A stretch of DNA of 64,000 bases, taken from the IMG/VR virus record IMGVR_UViG_3300027702_000001; one strand, given 5' to 3'. A model generated the notes under the pieces. The model did not search any database and was not told the origin of the DNA. It worked only from the letters and a program-made list of their open reading frames with translations. This DNA is from a virus. Shown here in pieces: positions 24,376 through 33,300 of this stretch (position 1 is the stretch's first letter; each line of letters begins with the position of its first letter). Made by a program: the position numbers and the translations under genes.

Positions 24376-24918
24376 TTATCCTGCTAGGACATTGGGTGAT
24401 CCATAAGCGATCTTAGACATACACGGATACCCTATGCTGACGGGCGGCAGACTGCCTTTACCTAAGTTATCACCCAATCTACCGATGGGTATCTTAAACG
24501 CCCTTACAGACTGATAGAACCCAGTATCAAGAGTTCTAGGATGACCACCCGCAATATCCTCTGCAGTCAGAAGTGAACAGACTGTTGGAGTCGGAATAAT
24601 ACAAGTCGCTTTACCACAAGGACACAAATAGTTAATAATATTCGTTGTCGGTGACATATGAGGTGTAAAAGTGTCACCCATAATCATAATAGGCAGTCCA
24701 TTGACAAGAACCATTGCTCTAGCAGGGTTCAGAGCAGTCAAAGGTACCAAAGGAGTTGGTGGCCACAGGCAAGTTTTGTTTTTCATCACAATTCCTAACC
24801 TAATAGGAGGTGTTTTACACTGTTGTGTTGAGTGAATGGTAGCAGGAATTGGAATACCGTGTCCTGTACAAGGTAATCCATTATGATTTGCTACTGGTTT
24901 GTTTAATCCTAGTGCCAT
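24376..24918 (-). CDS. PAAR-like spike-tip protein (T4 gp5.4-like, expanded)
   Basis: TGHG, VLVNGLPIMIMGD..TPH, GHPR, IGRLGD, C..KIAYGSPNVLAG motifs; located beside baseplate genes. Confidence 0.75.
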   Translation of the reverse strand: MALGLNKPVANHNGLPCTGHGIPIPATIHSTQQCKTPPIRLGIVMKNKTCLWPPTPLVPLTALNPARAMVLVNGLPIMIMGDTFTPHMSPTTNIINYLCPCGKATCIIPTPTVCSLLTAEDIAGGHPRTLDTGFYQSVRAFKIPIGRLGDNLGKGSLPPVSIGYPCMSKIAYGSPNVLAG

Positions 24919-27900
24919 TAGTAACTTCCTAGATCACATTCTTCGAAATAAGGGTTCCCAAATCTATCTAGTGCCCTATCCATAAGAATAGTTGCACCTG
25001 TTAGATAGTTTGTATAGTTCAATCTACCTCCAATCGCAGCAAGTTCGATGTTATTCTCGTTATCTGCGATGGCACCTGGGTCAAAAGCGATGGTTGAATA
25101 GATCACATTCCTTAATGCAGCACAGTTAAAGAAGTAATTACTGAATGGAGCATTGCTACAAAGGTTACTTGCCCAGTCATCACTGCCATTTCCACTACTA
25201 TTCCAAGAGTTATAGGTATCCAACACACCATCTACCACAAAATTATGCCAACAGGGTTCTGGGAACTTGCCTCCAGAGCAATTTGCAAGTTGAATTGTGT
25301 TGTATGTAAGGGTGTATGTAGTCGAAGCACCCGTGTTTGGGTCAGTAACAGTGTGCGTAGAGGTGCCTTGACCGTAAGAACTGAAGTTTCCATCACCTAA
25401 CCACGTCTCCAACTGCTCTAATTCTGTACCATAGAAGTCAAAAGTGTTCTCATCACCCGAATCTGGGACGAATGTGTATTGACCTTTACCAGTTTCATAG
25501 CATTTACCCTCTACATTTGACCCTCGTTTACAAGAATGCGACTTTCCTTTGCCTGGAGCACCCACAAAACGCGGAGCAGTAAGAGTTGGTTTGGGTAATT
25601 CCTTCAAAAAGTTAATAAAATCAGTGTTTATTGCCTCTCCTTTCTTCATTACATTACCTTCAATCTCCAAAGTCACCTTAACTTGTGCAGATTCTCTATC
25701 AGAACCACAGTATTTGTACGGAAGAAACCCAAAAGTACGTGAAACACCGTCCTTACCGATCTTTTCTTCGGGGCAAGGGATGTCAAAGAAGCGTCTGACA
25801 CCGTAAAGTGTGCTTTGTGCTACTTCAAGACAGTCTCCACCGAGGATTCCTGTCATACCATTGTTCATTCTTCGGTTAATTGTGTCAGATGCATCTGTAC
25901 TTTCAGCAGTAACGGCGGCAAGTCGCTCTTCTTCCTTCTCAAGAGCAGGATTCCACTTCTTCGACTCTCTGAATATCTCACTTGGACTAATGTAATTACT
26001 GATATTGTGCCATTCACCACCGATATTTGGGTCTAGACACTTGACTGGTATCACGTCTTTACAGAACTTCATCTTCTCCTTATCATTTACTTCGTGTGCT
26101 TTGAGGTAGGATGTCGTATATGTGGACTCAACAGGTCCATCAAACTCCTGAACTGCATCAGCATACGCTCTTTTACCATCATCAAACAGTGAAGTGGTCG
26201 AAACAGGCACTTCATTACCGTTTTCGTCTGTCATAGAGGTCTGAATATCGACCATTGGCATATCTGGGTCATCCCAAGTCTTATCAAATTGCTTTGTTGC
26301 CTCTTTCATCCCTGCTCCAATGAAATCGTCTTGTCTAGACTCGGTTTCCCTCTCTACAATGTAAACAATAACCTTATCACCAGGTGTATATCCTTTTCCC
26401 TTGTCAGTGACAGTTACAGACTTAACAGCACCAATCTCATTCAGTGTAATACGTGCTTTTGCCTGTCTGATCGATTTCGTGAACCCTGCATCAGTCAAAA
26501 ACTTGTCTTTCGCAATTTTACGACCTAATTTACGTGCAGACTTCGTACTTTGCTCAAATTCATTACTTGATTCAATGTTCACGTTGTATTTTGCGAGTTT
26601 CGAGTCTTGAAATGCCTCAACAGTGTTCTCTGCGGTGTCTGTTAACCCCTCTTCCTTCAATTCATCGGGAATAGACACCACTACATCAGGATTAACGTAC
26701 CCTCGACCCGCATTTACGATCTCAATGGACCCAACACGCCCTTTTTTGTCAATAGTTGCGGTTAAAATCGCTTCATCGAGTGTTCTTCTAGGAATTAGTG
26801 CTCTATTATCAATTTCTACCTTGAAATATGACAATTTTTTCGGAAATTCATACACTCCGAAGAAAGCACCGCGATCTTTGATGCCATAACCCGCTAAAAC
26901 GAGTGCAGTTGCACCATCATTGGCAGTAATGGTCTCATTGTAACTAAAAGTTTGCCCATTTCTTGCTTTTCTATGTCTTAAACGCATATAACCGCATCTA
27001 AGTTCGTCTCCAAAGTACCTAACTTGACTAATACGCCATCCTTTAATGTTTTCACCCACTAAAAAGGCACCTTCTGAAGATGTATAGCGGAAAAAGAGCA
27101 TCTCATCGTCAGTTCCACAAGTCCAGAACGAATCAGCAATACCATCACCGTTAGGTGCAGATACAGTTAACCGTGTCTTCTGTGTTTTCCAAGCATCCTC
27201 TCTAATCTTATAGTAGATACTCTTATATTCGACAGTAGGTTCTTCCTGTTGATTCCTAGCACCAGTAATACAAGGAGCATTCGTAGTAGTGAAGTTAATA
27301 CCAAATACAGGTCCCGCAAATGGATACTCAGTGTTATACAGGTAGTACACAAACTGCCCTTCAAAGGCATCGTGGAATCCTAAGAACCTAGGCAGTGCAC
27401 ATTTGACTGCTCCGTTCTTACCAAAGTACCATTCAAAGTTTGCATTACTGGATGCAATGTCTGCTGCATTAGGATCACCCCATCCTTGTTGTGCAGGAGT
27501 CAGTGTTTCGTCTTCATATCTCCTTCTACTGTAAGTGCTAGTATAAGTGTACCAACCACTACGATCTACTTCACCAGTATTGACTGGACCACCAGTATCA
27601 ACAATGGTTTTCTTCAGTCTAGGGGCAAATGCACTCATTACATACCCGTAAATCCCTTGATATTGATATTCTTCTTGAAAAGGTTGAGGAGAATTAGGAA
27701 CTCCTGCCACCTGTTCTACATTAACCTCTTGTGCAGGGTTTGTAGTATAAAAATCATCTACATCACCATTGATGTTCTTTCTGTAGTGATACAAAGGTAA
27801 AAGAGTTTCACCTGGATTCAGAGCATCAGATGGAGCATTATTACTAGTGTAGATATACCCTAGGAGTTCTACAGCACCACTAGAAGAACTAGAGAAGTAA

Positions 27901-28346
27901 GAATTAAAGTTTGAACTATCATAATGTAGATAAAGCGGATCCGCTCCTGACTGATTATTCTTACTCAGGTAGAATGACCAGATACCATTCCTAGGTTCTC
28001 TATTATATCTCCTCGGACTCATTGGAGACTTGTCAGGCATTGCTGTCTCATACCAATAAGTATGATCCTCTCTTCTCCCACTATAGAATCTATAAATTTC
28101 TCTTCTCTCTGCATCACAGTGTTGGATACAACTTTCCTGTTGTAGTCCAATGTAATATACCTCATCACGACCAAAGGCATAGGATCCAGGTCCCATACCT
28201 TCAATTTCTATCTGACCATAAGGACTACCATCCTCATCAGTACCTGAAAAGGACGGGTGATCATCAGTAGTATATTGACGTTGGTAGTCATAAGAATCAA
28301 TAGGATTCTCATAACTTCTCCCCGTTTCAATTATGAATATGCTCAC
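24918..28346 (-). CDS. Large putative virion protein (1142 aa) with IYRFY/PLYHY repeats
   Basis: N-terminal repeats EIYRFYS..REDHTY, DPLYLHYDS, LPLYHYRK...DDFYTTNP...YQYQGIYGYV (DUF5648-like); central SIEIVNAGRGYVNP repeats like those in gp7. Confidence 0.75.
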   Translation of the reverse strand: MSIFIIETGRSYENPIDSYDYQRQYTTDDHPSFSGTDEDGSPYGQIEIEGMGPGSYAFGRDEVYYIGLQQESCIQHCDAERREIYRFYSGRREDHTYWYETAMPDKSPMSPRRYNREPRNGIWSFYLSKNNQSGADPLYLHYDSSNFNSYFSSSSSGAVELLGYIYTSNNAPSDALNPGETLLPLYHYRKNINGDVDDFYTTNPAQEVNVEQVAGVPNSPQPFQEEYQYQGIYGYVMSAFAPRLKKTIVDTGGPVNTGEVDRSGWYTYTSTYSRRRYEDETLTPAQQGWGDPNAADIASSNANFEWYFGKNGAVKCALPRFLGFHDAFEGQFVYYLYNTEYPFAGPVFGINFTTTNAPCITGARNQQEEPTVEYKSIYYKIREDAWKTQKTRLTVSAPNGDGIADSFWTCGTDDEMLFFRYTSSEGAFLVGENIKGWRISQVRYFGDELRCGYMRLRHRKARNGQTFSYNETITANDGATALVLAGYGIKDRGAFFGVYEFPKKLSYFKVEIDNRALIPRRTLDEAILTATIDKKGRVGSIEIVNAGRGYVNPDVVVSIPDELKEEGLTDTAENTVEAFQDSKLAKYNVNIESSNEFEQSTKSARKLGRKIAKDKFLTDAGFTKSIRQAKARITLNEIGAVKSVTVTDKGKGYTPGDKVIVYIVERETESRQDDFIGAGMKEATKQFDKTWDDPDMPMVDIQTSMTDENGNEVPVSTTSLFDDGKRAYADAVQEFDGPVESTYTTSYLKAHEVNDKEKMKFCKDVIPVKCLDPNIGGEWHNISNYISPSEIFRESKKWNPALEKEEERLAAVTAESTDASDTINRRMNNGMTGILGGDCLEVAQSTLYGVRRFFDIPCPEEKIGKDGVSRTFGFLPYKYCGSDRESAQVKVTLEIEGNVMKKGEAINTDFINFLKELPKPTLTAPRFVGAPGKGKSHSCKRGSNVEGKCYETGKGQYTFVPDSGDENTFDFYGTELEQLETWLGDGNFSSYGQGTSTHTVTDPNTGASTTYTLTYNTIQLANCSGGKFPEPCWHNFVVDGVLDTYNSWNSSGNGSDDWASNLCSNAPFSNYFFNCAALRNVIYSTIAFDPGAIADNENNIELAAIGGRLNYTNYLTGATILMDRALDRFGNPYFEECDLGSY

Positions 28347-28623
28347 TCTTTAATTGAGATAAATCTTCCTCAATTTTATTTAGTCGCTCAAACAGAAGAT
28401 CAAATAACTCTGTCAAGTTAAGATGTTTCTCTTCTCCAGGAGGTTTGTACTGAATCATATCAGGACCTTTCTGTAGAAACTGTTCCACAGTCTGTGATCT
28501 TGTCGCAAGATTCTTAATACTTTCTGCGACCTTCTCAAACCTCCATTCTAGTTCCTCTTGATAATCATCAAACTGAGGTACTCCTGGGGTAGGTTGTGCG
28601 TCTCTAGGAAATTCAATACTCAT
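28327..28623 (-). CDS. Hypothetical coiled-coil protein (98 aa)
   Basis: Overlaps both neighbours by a few bases; helical composition. Confidence 0.65.
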   Translation of the reverse strand: MSIEFPRDAQPTPGVPQFDDYQEELEWRFEKVAESIKNLATRSQTVEQFLQKGPDMIQYKPPGEEKHLNLTELFDLLFERLNKIEEDLSQLKSEHIHN

Positions 28624-29504
28624 TGGAAAAATTCATCTAGTACAGATACTTTGTTACTTACGAATGCATCTTCGAGACTGCCTTTATGGTTTCCACCACG
28701 TGCAATCAATGCCTCGTAATTGTTATCAACACCCCTCTTACGTTCAAGGTTGTGCCATCTACTATCATAACACTTCTGATTCATATGATCAATCTCAAAA
28801 AGTGCTGACATCTTACGTTTGCCCCTCTTGGACATACGGTTCCATCCAATATCCTTAAGGAAATCTTTATCCCTACAGTTTGGATCAACCTCAGTTATAT
28901 CAATGAATGTAGCAGCAATGATCTGATGGGAACCAATATCCTTACTTCCCTGTTCTGCAGATCCACTTACAAATGGAGCAAAAGGTCCATCCACTCCCTC
29001 TGGTAGAAGCAACGGACTGAAGTACCAATCATCACCATCACGATACTTAATCTTATAATGAACTCTATCTCTCCACTGACCATCAAGACCTTTCGTACTC
29101 TTCATCTTACCGAACACTATACAGTTATAGTCCTTTGACCACGATTCCTTTGTTCGGTTCTTCTTCATATAGGATGAGTGATGCATATGACTCACCAGTC
29201 GCCCCAGATTACTCAAGTGGTAGTAAGGAATGATAACTTCCCGACCAGACTCATAATGACGCAGGCACCTCCATACTTCACCAGGAAGACAACTAATCTG
29301 CTCTCCCTTTCGTACACCTCGTAAACCTAATACTTCAATTAGTTCAGTATCTCCTTTCGCTTGCAGTTCCTCCATTAATTCCTGCCGACGTGGTGCTTGC
29401 ACATCGTTTCCGTTATTCTTCGTATTTAATGGTTGGATAAAGTTAGGTGTCCAGTTCTGATCCCATTCTTTATCATACTTCCACGTATGAAGTTCGTATT
29501 TCAT
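28620..29504 (-). CDS. NUMOD4/HNH homing-endonuclease-like protein
   Basis: PGEVWRCL...YYHLSNLGRLVS (NUMOD4-like) and EIDHMNQKCYDSRWHNLE (HNH_3-like). Confidence 0.6.
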   Translation of the reverse strand: MKYELHTWKYDKEWDQNWTPNFIQPLNTKNNGNDVQAPRRQELMEELQAKGDTELIEVLGLRGVRKGEQISCLPGEVWRCLRHYESGREVIIPYYHLSNLGRLVSHMHHSSYMKKNRTKESWSKDYNCIVFGKMKSTKGLDGQWRDRVHYKIKYRDGDDWYFSPLLLPEGVDGPFAPFVSGSAEQGSKDIGSHQIIAATFIDITEVDPNCRDKDFLKDIGWNRMSKRGKRKMSALFEIDHMNQKCYDSRWHNLERKRGVDNNYEALIARGGNHKGSLEDAFVSNKVSVLDEFFQ

Positions 29505-29563
29505 AATAGTTATTAGAATAGTTACGACGCTCGCGGGGTAACGTCTTAGTATGTTTAATGCCT

Positions 29564-30145
29564 TTAGAAGTAATTTAAGTTTAGCACAAATCGAAATTTA
29601 GTGTCAGTCGTTGATGTTCCTGCGTGTGGAGTATTGACTGGAAAGAAAACAATCCTGTTCGCCTTAGATGCGACTCTAGTCCCGTCCTTGAAGAACGTAT
29701 AACCATCGTTATCATTTAAGTAGAACACAGCGGTTGTAGCGCCTTCAAAGACGTTATCTTGTCCGAATTCAGAATACTCTCCACAGTCTGTATGAAAATC
29801 GTATTCGATTAAGTTGTCTGTATGATGATTCAAATTCCCCTTGATACGAATTAACGCTCTCGGTTGGATTCTATTGATTAAAGGTAAAATCATATCCCAT
29901 TGCTGAGACTGAGGTCTTCCGCCCTCATAGAACTTATGTACCATCTGCCAATTATATATCTCTTTCTTCTGCAATTCTGGGTCGATCATTCGTGCCACGT
30001 GCATTACCTTTGCGTGATTCAGATACCAAGGGAAACACTGATCACCACAAATTTGTTCCTGCATACGTTCGAATTCTTCCTCTGGTAGGAAATTATCCAC
30101 TACCCTTTGACGCTGCATCTTATGAAAACGATCATCGTGTGTCAT
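29564..30145 (-). CDS. 2OG-Fe(II) oxygenase
   Basis: FHTD...TAVFYLNDNDGYT...NRIVFF...PHAG...RFVLNLNY: HxD...H...R facial triad. Confidence 0.88.
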   Translation of the reverse strand: MTHDDRFHKMQRQRVVDNFLPEEEFERMQEQICGDQCFPWYLNHAKVMHVARMIDPELQKKEIYNWQMVHKFYEGGRPQSQQWDMILPLINRIQPRALIRIKGNLNHHTDNLIEYDFHTDCGEYSEFGQDNVFEGATTAVFYLNDNDGYTFFKDGTRVASKANRIVFFPVNTPHAGTSTTDTKFRFVLNLNYF

Positions 30146-30345
30146 ACAAATCCCTCAGTTACTCCTAGTTTCGCCCTAAGGGATCTATGTAACGCTTGAA
30201 CCTTTGCAAGTTCCTTGCCACCACACACTTCTGGTTTATACATCAGTGCCCAAGCACCGCTATTCACAATGAGTTGACGCTCTTCCTTTGTCACCGTGAT
30301 CGTCCATTCATCAGATGTCGCAGTCTGTTTTGGTCGCAACTTCAT
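30142..30345 (-). CDS. Hypothetical protein (67 aa)
   Basis: Coupled to the oxygenase start (ATGA overlap). Confidence 0.55.
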   Translation of the reverse strand: MKLRPKQTATSDEWTITVTKEERQLIVNSGAWALMYKPEVCGGKELAKVQALHRSLRAKLGVTEGFV

Positions 30346-30505
30346 AACGCTTCAGTGTTCCACATAGGGATGATAAAATTTCATCACACCTATTATAGCA
30401 TTCGCCTTGGTGTGATGTGAGTCTACTGTCTTGATAGTAACGTACTGCATCATAAATGACACGTTTGTGTTCGATACTTAACTTAGTCCAGTCTTGATGT
30501 TTCAT
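30311..30505 (-). CDS. Hypothetical protein (64 aa)
   Basis: TAATG overlap with the upstream AbrB-like ORF. Confidence 0.6.
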   Translation of the reverse strand: MKHQDWTKLSIEHKRVIYDAVRYYQDSRLTSHQGECYNRCDEILSSLCGTLKRYEVATKTDCDI

Positions 30506-30672
30506 TACGGTTCAATGAATTTGCGTAAGATGATCTTGTCATCTTCAATTTCGTATTGTAGTTCGTCACCATAGTACCAACCTGCTTCTTCTAGTAAAGT
30601 GTCAGGTAAAGTAACAAATAGTTCGCCTGTATCGTCATCCTCATCTATTGTAAGGATATATCTATGAGACAT
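30505..30672 (-). CDS. AbrB/MazE/SpoVT-like small DNA-binding protein (55 aa)
   Basis: Hand-translated MSHRYILTIDEDDDTGELFVTLPDTLLEEAGWYYGDELQYEIEDDKIILRKFIEP; LxLPxxLLxxxGWxxGDxL..E...IxL is a swapped-hairpin signature. Confidence 0.7.
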   Translation of the reverse strand: MSHRYILTIDEDDDTGELFVTLPDTLLEEAGWYYGDELQYEIEDDKIILRKFIEP

Positions 30673-31081
30673 TCTTTCGTATCACATATAGTGTCTGTCC
30701 TATGTAGGGTTTTACCTTTTCTATCCTACTCACATCAAATGCTTTATGATGTAGGATGAATCCATCTCCCAGATACACAGCACCGTGATTGAGTCGATTA
30801 CTATCTAAGTTCATCAGCAGTAGATCGAATTGCTCTAAATCATCGACACTAAATTCTTCGCCCATCTCAGAGACCTTCGTCGAGGTCCATCCCTCATCCT
30901 CCCATATACTCTTGAGGAAACTACGGTTGTTGAAACTATAGTCTTCCTTACACTCGTGATAACCTGTCTCAATACCGAAGTCGTACAGTAACTTGAAACA
31001 TCCTCCTCCTTTCTGTCCTCCCCATTCCCTTCCGAGGAATGATGAATACATCTCTTTGTACTGCTCAACCTTTTTAGTCAT
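30662..31081 (-). CDS. NlpC/P60-family peptidase-like protein
   Basis: GGCFKLL (Cys), DLLLM...NHGAVYLGDGFILHH (His) catalytic arrangement. Confidence 0.75.
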   Translation of the reverse strand: MTKKVEQYKEMYSSFLGREWGGQKGGGCFKLLYDFGIETGYHECKEDYSFNNRSFLKSIWEDEGWTSTKVSEMGEEFSVDDLEQFDLLLMNLDSNRLNHGAVYLGDGFILHHKAFDVSRIEKVKPYIGQTLYVIRKNVS

Positions 31082-31200
31082 TTTTTACCTGAGAAATTTT
31101 TTGATATATGGGGGACCCAAAAGGACGATTTCGATAATATACTCGTCCCTATACTGTTGTAGGTTGCCAGAGGGGACCCGTTTTAATATGTCGATCCCGT

Positions 31201-31377
31201 TTAGATTTGCACGTGATAACACAACCCTTCGCTGACCAGATACTGCAATTGTTTCTGATACTTAGTGAAGTGCGGTTCTATCTCTGTGTCTAGTATGAAT
31301 TGACTCCACTCCACTAACTCTAATGGGGGGATTGATTCGGTTTCATACAGTTCATTGAGAAATTCAAATCTGTTCAT
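31201..31377 (-). CDS. Hypothetical protein (58 aa)
   Basis: Hand-translated MNRFEFLNELYETESIPP...LVSEGLCYHVQI; ATGA overlap with the upstream ORF. Confidence 0.6.
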   Translation of the reverse strand: MNRFEFLNELYETESIPPLELVEWSQFILDTEIEPHFTKYQKQLQYLVSEGLCYHVQI

Positions 31378-31508
31378 TGCTGTGTAGTATAGTCGAGATC
31401 TAAGTCATTGGATTCATCATCATAAATTTCATAATCATATTCTAGCATATCCTCTTCGGTTTCGTCAAGTAGGACATCGATCCAGTCTAGTTTCCTAGGG
31501 TCATTCAT
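31374..31508 (-). CDS. Small acidic protein (44 aa)
   Basis: Hand-translated MNDPRKLDWIDVLLDETEEDMLEYDYEIYDDESNDLDLDYTTQQ; coupled on both sides. Confidence 0.55.
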   Translation of the reverse strand: MNDPRKLDWIDVLLDETEEDMLEYDYEIYDDESNDLDLDYTTQQ

Positions 31509-31665
31509 TCCCATAATCCTCCGATGAATTGAAGCGGTTTTGTTTCTTAGTTCGTCTCTGATAATTCTTGTTAGTTAGCACCTCGTTTGGTTTGTTCCTT
31601 TTCTCTCGTAAAGACTTCGCTCGATTACTCTTGTATGTGTCATTACGTTTGTATGTGCGTCCCAT
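31501..31665 (-). CDS. Small basic protein (54 aa, MGRTYKRND...)
   Basis: Start moved to ATG 31665, downstream of the promoter at 31697-31725. Confidence 0.6.
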   Translation of the reverse strand: MGRTYKRNDTYKSNRAKSLREKRNKPNEVLTNKNYQRRTKKQNRFNSSEDYGNE

Positions 31666-31696
31666 TGAATAGTAGGGGAAATTGCTGAACAACTGA

Positions 31697-31725
31697 ATTA
31701 TATACCAATTTTCTCTATAGGGCAA
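31697..31725 (-). promoter_or_regulatory. Sigma70-like promoter TTGCCC-17-TATAAT
   Basis: Exact 17-bp spacing, perfect -10 box, 32 nt upstream of ATG 31665. Confidence 0.6.
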
Positions 31726-31844
31726 ATATTTCAAATTCCCCATAGAGGTTGACAGATTGATGTCGATATGTTAGGGTCTTAGGTCGCTATTCCTCCGCTA
31801 GTTTACTCAATGAATAAAGTTTGCAAGTATGTTTATTTGTACAT

Positions 31845-32189
31845 TTATGAAATTGGTTGTTTATCTAGTCTAAGGTTAGAGACGTGATCATTTAATTTGT
31901 TCCCGTCTATGTGTAACACATTGGTAACACTTGAGTGTAGGGATATAAAAGCAAGTGCGGTAAGTTTCGCAACTCTCCTTACTACGGTCTTACCATTTTG
32001 TCTTAGTGTTACTCTTCTATAACCATTTTCGTTTAAATGGATTTTCAATTTTTTCCACTTTCCCCACTTAGTAGAGTAAATGGATCCGAGGTTACTGACA
32101 TAATAGTCTTCATAGTTAGGGATGGGTTTATATAGTGTTCCCTCGCTATCTCTATAAGTGTTATCGTCAATTTTAGTAAATGGATTCAT
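31845..32189 (-). CDS. NUMOD4-HNH endonuclease
   Basis: YKPIPNYEDYYVSNLGSIYS (NUMOD4); GYRRVTL...VLHIDGNKLNDHVSNLR (HNH_3). Confidence 0.85.
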   Translation of the reverse strand: MNPFTKIDDNTYRDSEGTLYKPIPNYEDYYVSNLGSIYSTKWGKWKKLKIHLNENGYRRVTLRQNGKTVVRRVAKLTALAFISLHSSVTNVLHIDGNKLNDHVSNLRLDKQPIS

Positions 32190-32833
32190 TAGGGTGAAAC
32201 ATTAAAGGATAATGTGATACGATTGTGTTCCCCATTGGTTTCGTATCCGTGAGTTAGGTTACTGGGGAAAATGATAATATCTCCTTCAGTAGTGGGAACA
32301 CTTGCATCTAGTAAATTAAACGCGGTTAATCCATTTTGCTTACATTGCATAATTGGATAATAGGATGATTGAGTAATACGTTTAAACTTAAGAGGGGCGT
32401 GTTTAGTTGGATCATAGTTAATGAAATAGCATCCTGAGTAAAGACAATTAGAAAATTCGTGAGGTGCATATAGTGCATTTTGTGATGCGACTTCAATATG
32501 AGAGTCAATTAACTCCATACTGCTTAGATCATAATTAAGTGATTGCTCATTAATTTGTCTAACTGCGTCGAGGATGGTGTTTCTTACGTCCTTAAGTGTT
32601 GGATGGTCTAGGATGTTATTTTTGCCTATTTGCGTCACACCGTGGCATATATCGCTATTAGGGGATTGAAATAGGTCATCATTTGTGCAACTATTAATAT
32701 AACTAGTAATTGCGTTTTTATCCCTTTCGTGGTTTTTATTGGTATAATTACCTACTGGGGACATAAACAACCCATAGACGTTAGTCTGTGAGATGGATTC
32801 AAAATCGTCCGAAAGTTCTTTAGGATTATGCAT
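32189..32833 (-). CDS. 2OG-Fe(II) oxygenase-like protein (TIGR02466-type), possibly degenerate
   Basis: PHEFSNCLYSGCYFI...EGDIIIFPSNLTHG...NRITLSFNV; the second ligand of the HxH/D motif is F. Confidence 0.75.
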   Translation of the reverse strand: MHNPKELSDDFESISQTNVYGLFMSPVGNYTNKNHERDKNAITSYINSCTNDDLFQSPNSDICHGVTQIGKNNILDHPTLKDVRNTILDAVRQINEQSLNYDLSSMELIDSHIEVASQNALYAPHEFSNCLYSGCYFINYDPTKHAPLKFKRITQSSYYPIMQCKQNGLTAFNLLDASVPTTEGDIIIFPSNLTHGYETNGEHNRITLSFNVSP

Positions 32834-32860
32834 AAAAAAAGAGGACTTGATTTAGTCCCC
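32834..32860 (-). terminator. Rho-independent terminator
   Basis: Minus strand GGGGACT-AAATCA-AGTCCTC followed by T7. Confidence 0.6.
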
Positions 32861-32862
32861 TT

Positions 32863-32891
32863 ATTATAGTGTATATAGTGAATTAAGTCAA
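32863..32891 (-). promoter_or_regulatory. Sigma70-like promoter TTGACT-17-TATAAT
   Basis: Near-consensus with exact 17-bp spacing, directly upstream of the oxygenase at 32833. Confidence 0.75.
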
Positions 32892-32894
32892 CTC

Positions 32895-33209
32895 CTAGAA
32901 TGCGAGTTCCATACCATTAGCGAACGATTCTGTCAAGTGCTTATAACCTACGAACCAAGTCCAGTTTTTTTGAAATACGCGAGTGCCATAAGAGAATTCA
33001 TCAAGAATAGCGTTTAGACGTGATTTAGTTGTATTTGACTGCCAACCGCCATCGAACAATAAAACAGAATTATTTGTAACTGTCGCGATGTGATTGCCGT
33101 GAAGATAAACGTTTGCTTCGCCGTTAGCGTGTGAAACTGAAGTGTTAGCACTTGAGAAGTTTCTGCCGCTTCTGATTGCTGAGTTCATTTGAGTTTCGAT
33201 CTTTCTCAT
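32895..33209 (-). CDS. Early-region hypothetical protein (104 aa)
   Basis: First ORF after promoter element 1; AGGAG RBS upstream. Confidence 0.75.
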   Translation of the reverse strand: MRKIETQMNSAIRSGRNFSSANTSVSHANGEANVYLHGNHIATVTNNSVLLFDGGWQSNTTKSRLNAILDEFSYGTRVFQKNWTWFVGYKHLTESFANGMELAF

Positions 33210-33241
33210 TTGGTGTGGTCTCCTGTGTTGCTTATACTAAT

Positions 33242-33300
33242 ATTATAGGGGATAGGGACGCGATTGCTCGTGGTGATGTGCCACTAATCGAACTGTCCAC
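33242..33300 (-). promoter_or_regulatory. Early promoter element 1 (palindrome + TATAAT)
   Basis: Plus strand GTGCCACT-aatcga-ACTGTCCAC at 33278-33300, 30 bp from ATTATA at 33242-33247. Confidence 0.75.

Noticed and set aside
29505-29563. Short hairpin between the oxygenase and HNH genes
   Set aside because: Only about 6 bp with a G-U pair and no U-tract; too weak to call.
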